The notes beneath the pieces were generated by a model, which saw only the letters and a list, made by a program, of their open reading frames with translations, was not told the origin of the DNA and ran no database searches. From Octopus sinensis (taxonomy: Eukaryota): 64,000 bases of DNA. How positions within the stretch are numbered: the stretch's first letter is position 1; the number at the start of each line of letters is the position of its first letter. The position numbers and the translations under genes are program-made. The stretch spans positions 11,594,001 through 11,658,000 of the forward strand of contig NC_043003.1 in assembly GCF_006345805.1 (NCBI RefSeq), read 5' to 3'. Positions 57,206 to 64,000 of this stretch are shown piece by piece.

Positions 57206-58111
57206 ATTATTATTATTATTATAATAAAATGTTCCCTTGATATTTGCTGTTTATCCACATCTTCCACAGGGCACCAGCCAGACACCTGAGGTAGATAAGG
57301 GGTATAATGTTCTTAATACATGGTATGATTATAGGATGTCGAGAAGGGCTAGAATTCAATGAAATTTTTTAAAATGCATATGTACTCATGACTGCTCTAT
57401 GAAAATGTTATTAAACTATGAAATTTAAGATGTTAGTTACTCTTCATAAAATGTGTGTAATAGCCATTAGGGTTTTTTCTGTTTTTCTTTTAAGCATGGT
57501 TTTCCTGGTCCCATGGTTATTAATTTTTCTGTTCTTCTCTTCATTATCCAGAGGGCCGCTATGATTACAAAGTATCAGAGTGGGTTTTCATCTGCTGTTC
57601 TTTGGCAATCTCCATACTTTACGACGCAAATTTTATCTGTATAATTTTTTAAAATATTATATCTGGAGGGTTTACCATGATAGTTCTATGAAAAGGAATT
57701 GTAAAATTCCAGTCTCTGACTGGTTGGAGGAAGTGTTCATATCATTTTATTTCCAATAAGGCCTTCAGATTTTCCAATGAAAATATTATTATTATTATTA
57801 TTATTATTTGATGGTTTCAGGCTGATTTCTACTACATCACCTGCTACACCTCCATATTGCTGAGGGTGTGTGCAGCATTGTGTGTTCTTGGGATTTTGGG
57901 GGATTTTGTTGTTGTTGTTGTTAAGGGAGCACAGACTCTTCCTGGTACTCTATTGCACCAGTTTGTTTTGTTAAGGGCTTTTTGTTGTAAAGTGTATGTA
58001 TTGTGTATTCTGTTGGGTATCCACCCTGTAGAGTACATGTCGTGGGGGATTGTTTATTTTATTGGATATTTATTGTATAGTGTGCATTGTGTTTGGATTG
58101 TTTTTTTTGGC

Positions 58112-58151
<40 letters not shown>

Positions 58152-58261
58152 TACTATTTGTTTATATTACCATTATTACTATTATTATTATTATTGTTTA
58201 TATTTAGGGTGATGAAGTGGCCAAGAAATAGTAGAGCGTCTGACCAAATAAATGTCTTGCA

Positions 58262-58432
58262 GTATTTGGTCATGTCCTTTTATGTTCTGAGTTCAAATCC
58301 TGCCGAAGTCAACTTAGCTTTTCATCCCTCCGATCTTGATAAAATACGCACCAGTTATGTACTGGGGTCAAATCAATCGACTATACCCTTCCTCTACACA
58401 TTTGTGGCCTTGTGACAATGTAAGAGAAAATT
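58262..58432 (+). mobile_element. SINE S2b, 5'-degenerate
   Basis: gttctgagttcaaatcctgccgaagtcaac...ggccttgtg. Confidence 0.8.
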
Positions 58433-58954
58433 ATTATTATTGTTGTTATTATTATTATTACTATTATTATTGATATTATTATTATTATTATTATTTTTAT
58501 ATTATTATTATTATTATCATCGTCATCATCGTTTTGGTTGTACAATCAGAAGGGATTTGGTTTCTATTAGTAGAATCGAATTGCTTCTTGTCTTTAAAAA
58601 AGAATTTTTTTCTTCTCTTAATAATTTGATAGAATGTCTTTCTTCAAGCTTTGAGCTTTGAGAAACTTTCTTCATCTTCTTCTTCTTCTTAAGACAGAAT
58701 CGTATCAGCAAAAGAAAAATGTTAAATGTTCAATTGAATTCAAAAGAAAACTGTTATCTCGTTTTTAATCATTGATTGAAGAGTTGGAAGAGCTGACTGG
58801 AGGATGCTCCATGCCCAAAACATCCATTTATGTACACACACACACTCTCTCTCTCTCTATTGCTCCCTCTTCTCTGTATCTATCTCACTCTTTTTCTGTC
58901 TTTCTTTTCTCTCTCCCTCCCTCTTTTATCTCCCTCCTCTCACTCTCTCTTTCA

Positions 58955-58957
<3 letters not shown>

Positions 58958-58985
<28 letters not shown>

Positions 58986-58988
58986 GAC

Positions 58989-59027
<39 letters not shown>

Positions 59028-59028
59028 G

Positions 59029-59086
<58 letters not shown>

Positions 59087-59131
59087 TACATATATTATAT
59101 ATATATATATATATTACATATATATATATAT

Positions 59132-59165
<34 letters not shown>

Positions 59166-59198
59166 ATATATATATATATAGTATATATATATATATAG

Positions 59199-59229
<31 letters not shown>

Positions 59230-59445
59230 GTATATATATGTATATATTATATATGTATATATATGTATATATATATATGTATATATATGTATATATATAT
59301 ATATATATCTATATATATATATATATATGTATATATATGTATATATATATATATTGTATATATATATATGTTATATATATATATATGTATATATATGTAT
59401 ATATCTATATATATATATATATTATATATATATGTATATATATTT
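58958..59445. repeat. Compound (TA)n/(CA)n array
   Basis: Direct reading. Confidence 0.93.
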
Positions 59446-59488
59446 TTTCTGTCCTTTGGCTTCTCTGTCTCTTTCTCTCTCTCTCTTT

Positions 59489-59526
<38 letters not shown>

Positions 59527-59566
59527 ACACATGCACACAATTTGTCGTTGTTCTTGACCTGTTTAC

Positions 59567-59578
59567 CTTGATTGATGG
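59567..59578 (-). other. Candidate 12-nt microexon CCATCAATCAAG
   Basis: Branch-point-like tactaat 24-30 nt upstream, ttcgttatccgacag| acceptor and AAG|gtaaac donor. Confidence 0.2.
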
Positions 59579-60111
59579 CTGTCGGATAACGAAGTAAACT
59601 CATTAGTAAAATTGATAAACAGTTACAGCTTAGCAATTCGAAGATCAAACGCTCCTTTTCTCACCAAAAGACAAGAGAATGGTGAAACATGGAATATTTG
59701 GATAGAATTTAAATGTAATTTTTGTACTGGAATAAACCAGATCAGCTTGGGATTTCTTAAAGAAATTACCATCAAGTCATGAAGCTGTTACTGTAAGGTT
59801 AATCCTAATTCAGCTATTGGTTTTCACACGAATGGCATCACCAAATAATTAACCTCAGCGATTCATATAATTAAATATGTAAATTATTCATACCTACTCA
59901 GAATTCCACTTAGTGATTCATCACTGCATTGGCAAATTTGGTTAAGTCTGTACCTCATCGAAGAGGTTCTAATAAGGTGAAACATGTCTGGAGTTACCTC
60001 CCTTCATGCCTGAAAGGATTAAAATGGCATTAGTTGTTTTAATCTTGTTGGCTTTTTCCTTGCCATATATGTAGTCTAGTGAGCTATTTGATGCTCCTTA
60101 TATCTACTAGG

Positions 60112-60275
60112 CATCGATAACATCCATCGCGATACTCAACTGGTATTTATTTTATCGGCCCAGAATGGACAAAGGGCAAAATTGACATCAGTGGAATTTG
60201 AACTCAGAAAATAAAACCTGAAGAAATGCTGCAAAGTATTTTGGCATGCTAATGATTCTACCAGCTTACTGCCTT
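60112..60275 (-). mobile_element. SINE S2
   Basis: ggaatttgaactcagaa...gcatgctaatgattctaccagct. Confidence 0.82.
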
Positions 60276-60667
60276 CATCACTGTAAATATTGTTATTAAT
60301 TAATTCATTAGTGCTATTATAACTCACCTATGTATGAGCTGTTACATGCATACATACACATGGCAGGGGCCACTGTCAATCAAGGTAGGCTATATATCCA
60401 CACCTGTACATGTGGCCAAAGACATCTTTTCTTTCCTCCTTTCTTTATTCTTTCTTCCTTTCATTTTTCTTTCTTTTTTTTTTCAAGAATGATCGTTGCC
60501 CTTATATGCAGACCTCCCCAACTCTATAGCACTGATTTTGTTCAAGGAAAAAATCCACTGCTTTAGGACAAATAAAGTTTGATGTCAGAGTTCATGGCTC
60601 GCAGGACAGCCTGCTGTGCTTACCTTGGATCGTAGGGCGACCTGCTGTGCTTGAGGAGACCTATTGA

Positions 60668-61025
60668 GTCAAGTACATCAACATCAAAATAAAAATCAAA
60701 TGGAAATTGTAGTTGTGATACCCGTGCTGGTGGTACGTAAAAAACACCATCCAAACATGGCCAATGCCAGCGCCGCCTTGACTGGTGTCCGTGCCGGTGG
60801 CACGTAAAAAGTACCAACCGATCGTGGACATTGCCAGCCTCCTGTGGCACATAAAAAGCACCCACTACTCTCACAGAGTGGTTGGCATTAGGAAGGGCAT
60901 CCAGCTGTAGAAACACTGCCAGATCAGACAGGAGCCTGGTGCAGCCTCCTGGCTTCCTAGACCCCGGCCGAACCATCCAACCCATGCTAGTATGGAAAAC
61001 CAATGTTAAACGATGATGATGATGT
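60668..61025 (+). mobile_element. Retroposon R1, near full length
   Basis: Three gtgcc/ggcac sub-repeat units, core gaagggcatccagctgtagaa, (GAT)n tail. Confidence 0.9.
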
Positions 61026-61261
61026 TGTCACGAGCATTGTTGCCAATGGAAAGTTCCACAAGCATACTGAATGGCGCCCTGTCCAGTGAATACTCTGTCA
61101 GTTCTGCTAATCTCAAGCCCTGGTTTAGTGCTGCTTTTATCAACCATGCAGAAGAAAGAAAATGGCAAGGGTTGATCTTGATGGGATTTGAACCCAAAAC
61201 ATAGAGAGTTGGAACAAATACCAAAAGGAACTTTGTCCAGTGTATTAACAGAACACACATC

Positions 61262-61352
61262 TAACTCTTTTGCTGAACCGCTAAGTTACGGGGATATAAA
61301 CACACCAACACCAGTTGTCAATCGGTAATGGGGAGACAGACACACACATATG

Positions 61353-61402
<50 letters not shown>

Positions 61403-61567
61403 TGCTATGGGCTTCTTTCAGTTTCTATCTACCAAATTTACTCACAAGGTTTTGGTTGGCCCGGGGCTATAGTAGAAGACACCTGACCAAGGTGCCAGGC
61501 AGTGAAACGGAACCCAGAGCTATGTGATTGAGAAGCAAACTTCTTACCATACAGCCACAGATGCGCC

Positions 61568-61568
<1 letters not shown>
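61262..61568 (-). mobile_element. SINE S1, 3'-clipped
   Basis: gaaccgctaagttacgggga...cttaccatacagccacagatgcgcct. Confidence 0.88.
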
Positions 61569-61603
<35 letters not shown>

Positions 61604-61609
61604 TATATA

Positions 61610-62865
61610 CAGGGTGTGTAAGATATTTTAGGATAGATTTATGCTTATAACAAGACAGTTATATAATATCTTTATTTATCAAAAAATACTATGAGGATAA
61701 AAATAAACCTTCTTTTCTATAATGTTATTCATTAAAGCCACCTCCAGGTTCAATAACTGCTTCTGTATGAGATCTAAATCATCTACATGCTCGAATCAAG
61801 TGGTCCTGGTTCATTTTGGACATTACTCTGACTATGGCAGCTTTCATAGAATCTTTGGTTTTATGGGTGTGTTCATTGACCTTTCTCTCTCCACAACACT
61901 CCACATGTAATAGTCCAATGGATTGAGATCTGGGGAATTAGGAGGCCAAATGTTAGGGGTTATATGATCATGAACATCTTCGGCCGTCCATTCCTGTGTT
62001 ACTAGAGCCATGTGTGCTAGTGCAGAGTCTTACTGAAACACCTATGGCCTTTTATAGCATACACTGTCTATCCAGGGCTTAACACTTATTTCCAGGACCT
62101 CAATGTAGGCGGCAGAGTTAACTCTAAAGCCTTGTGGAAAGAAGTAAGGAGGCATCACATGTCCTTCATTGCTGACAACCCCTAAAACCATGACAGTTGC
62201 AGGAAATTTTGTATGCATAACACTTGGAACTTCAGAAGGGTCTGCGCATAACCATCTGTCATTTCTTCTGTTGACTTTTTGATCTTGGTTGAAGTTTTTC
62301 TTGCTTAAGAGAAAAACCAAATCAAATCTTCTACTGGATTTTTCAGTTTGTTTAAGAGCCTTTTAGATCTGATGTAGTGATTTTCTTTTGCTTTTTCTGA
62401 CAAATTGACCGTTCCTCATCATATAAGACTTATATCAGATGTCTTCGTGGACAACATTTCTGACTGTTCCTTCTCACACATGGAGATCTTTTGCACTTGA
62501 CCTCATGGACTTTCTGGGATTGTAATCAATGGTCTGTTGAACTTGCTGGATAAATTCAGGTGTTCTAATGATTTCAGAGTGTTTAGAATGCTTTTTATGC
62601 TTTGATACTAGTGATACGTTTCCATTTTCAGTCTGTAGCTCCTTGCAAACTTTGTAGACAAAAGATCTGGCAACTTTTAAAAATCGAGATATTTCTAAAT
62701 CGTTATGCTCTGCCTTTATAACCAAAATAACAGCATGCCTCTTCATTTCTTGAGTAAGATGAGGGTCTGCCATTATTATTTCCTAAAACAAAGATTACAC
62801 AGAGTTAGCCAAAAATGCAGCAATGACCCCAAAAAGGTATGTCCTCAAATACCTTATCCACCCTG
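61610..62865 (-). mobile_element. Full-length Tc1/mariner element, DD37D (maT-type), inactive
   Basis: TA TSDs at 61608-61609 and 62866-62867; 26-bp TIRs cagggtg..taag.tattt.agga.a (21/26 identical); 1256 bp. Confidence 0.92.
61725..62773 (-). pseudogene. DD37D transposase pseudogene
   Basis: HTH-like N-terminus, WFFS (first D lost to a frameshift), VMVLGVVSNEG, VFQ*DSA, and WPPNSPDLNPLDY with 37 residues between the 2nd and 3rd D; several stops and frameshifts. Confidence 0.92.
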
Positions 62866-62919
62866 TATATATACAGACATATGTATATCTCAGCCTTTTC
62901 AATTCATTTGTGTGTGTCT

Positions 62920-62926
62920 ATATATT

Positions 62927-62965
<39 letters not shown>

Positions 62966-62969
62966 ACAC

Positions 62970-63002
<33 letters not shown>

Positions 63003-63015
63003 TATATATATATAT

Positions 63016-63056
<41 letters not shown>

Positions 63057-63170
63057 TTATATATACACACACACATATATATACACACACACACACATAT
63101 ATACATATACACACACACGCACAAACACACACACACACACATACATACATACATACATACATACATAATA
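62920..63170. repeat. Compound (CA)n/(TA)n/(CATA)n
   Basis: Direct reading. Confidence 0.92.
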
Positions 63171-63849
63171 ATTATATTTGTGTTTCTATCCGTTTGTATA
63201 TAGTTTAGAAAAAGTATCACAAACACAAACATAATGACTACGAAATAATTACATAGAATAAATTAGGAAGAAATGTTTTATTTCACGAAGGAAGAAAACA
63301 AAGCAATCATTGATAAGTTTCTTGAAGGTTTAAATGTCTTATTTTTTATTTGCTTATTTGTTTATTTTGGTTTTTGCTTTTAAGATTTACCAAATTAGGT
63401 TTTAATGGAATTAGTGTTTCTTTTTTTCTTTGAACCACAAATTCTTTTACTACCAGGAAAATTAATATATTTGAATTCCGTCCATTATTAGCTCCAATAT
63501 TTACTTTGCTTCTGTATTTTGTATGACACAGATTCCGTATAATCCTTAAAAGCATCATTTTCTTTGACTAATCTTGGATGGAATTATATCTGGAACCACA
63601 GAAAACGGTTGCTTGATAAATCTTTTGCCAACATACTGGGTCTGTGTCTTCAGATCTCCAAACACTGTTTTCTTCTTTTCACTCTGCTCATGACTATCAA
63701 AACACAATTAGTGAATTCGCTGAAATATGAAGGAAAATGGTGGGGGGGGGAGTATGAGACATTTTTGGCACAGTTATTTTGGTGCCATCTTTGATATTGT
63801 TGATTCGAAGGTGCATGGCTTCAGTTGTTCGGGTATTTCACTCATGATC

Positions 63850-64000
63850 TTAACCCTTTCGTTACCAACTCTCTGAAACCAGCTCTGGTTCTGTGTACAA
63901 ATGTCTTGTTTCCATAAGATTTTAATTAAAATCTTCCATGAAACCTTAGTTACAATTTACGTTCCTAACACTAGCTGAATAATAACTAAGTTATTTTATT
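63850..64000 (+). mobile_element. piggyBac-type MITE B, cut by the window end
   Basis: TTAA-CCCTTTCGTTAC start and family-B body. Confidence 0.9.

Noticed and set aside
58772-59648. 261-aa and neighbouring Y/I-rich ORFs; likewise 35045-35690, 45831-46310, 46893-47398 and 62705-63232
   Set aside because: Microsatellite read-through of (TA)n, (TG)n and (ATT)n.
1-64000. Cephalopod hallmark gene clusters (protocadherins, C2H2 zinc fingers), or an intact autonomous transposase or RT
   Set aside because: No cadherin repeats, C2H2 motifs, or uninterrupted RT/transposase ORF appear in any frame of the track or in my manual translations.

Overview
This is a 64-kb AT-rich eukaryotic window dominated by microsatellites and interspersed repeats. 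The repeat families and the density of (TA)n/(CA)n/(ATT)n arrays match my recollection of an octopod cephalopod genome (Octopus sp.). That assignment is an inference and was not database-checked. I could not recognise any intact, known protein-coding gene, rRNA, true tRNA gene or CRISPR array. Almost all long ORFs in the track are translations of simple repeats. The sequence supports: (i) three tRNA-headed SINE families (working names S1, S2, S3) and a (GAT)n-tailed RTE-like short retroposon (R), about 55 copies in total; (ii) two TTAA-flanked piggyBac-type MITE families, a hAT-type MITE with an 8-bp TSD, three non-autonomous Helitrons, a ~380-bp foldback element, and a full-length but dead DD37D (maT-type) Tc1/mariner; (iii) decayed LINE fragments of the RTE, CR1/Jockey-like and R4/Dong-like (RLE) types. 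The best leads are: two neighbouring pre-miRNA-like hairpins at 12.3-12.6 kb, where every arm mismatch of the first becomes a G:U wobble on the minus strand; a compact five-exon GT-AG minus-strand transcript candidate at 22.7-24.0 kb; a Penelope-type minimal hammerhead-ribozyme motif at 37.1 kb; a pair of perfect PAR-bZIP/D-box palindromes upstream of a candidate first exon at 13.7-14.2 kb; and a three-layer MITE>Helitron>SINE nest, with a second Helitron abutting the same MITE site. None of these is shown to be a new biological system; each needs the checks listed. Repeat boundaries are eye-estimated (about +/-10-20 bp) unless a TSD or TIR is quoted.
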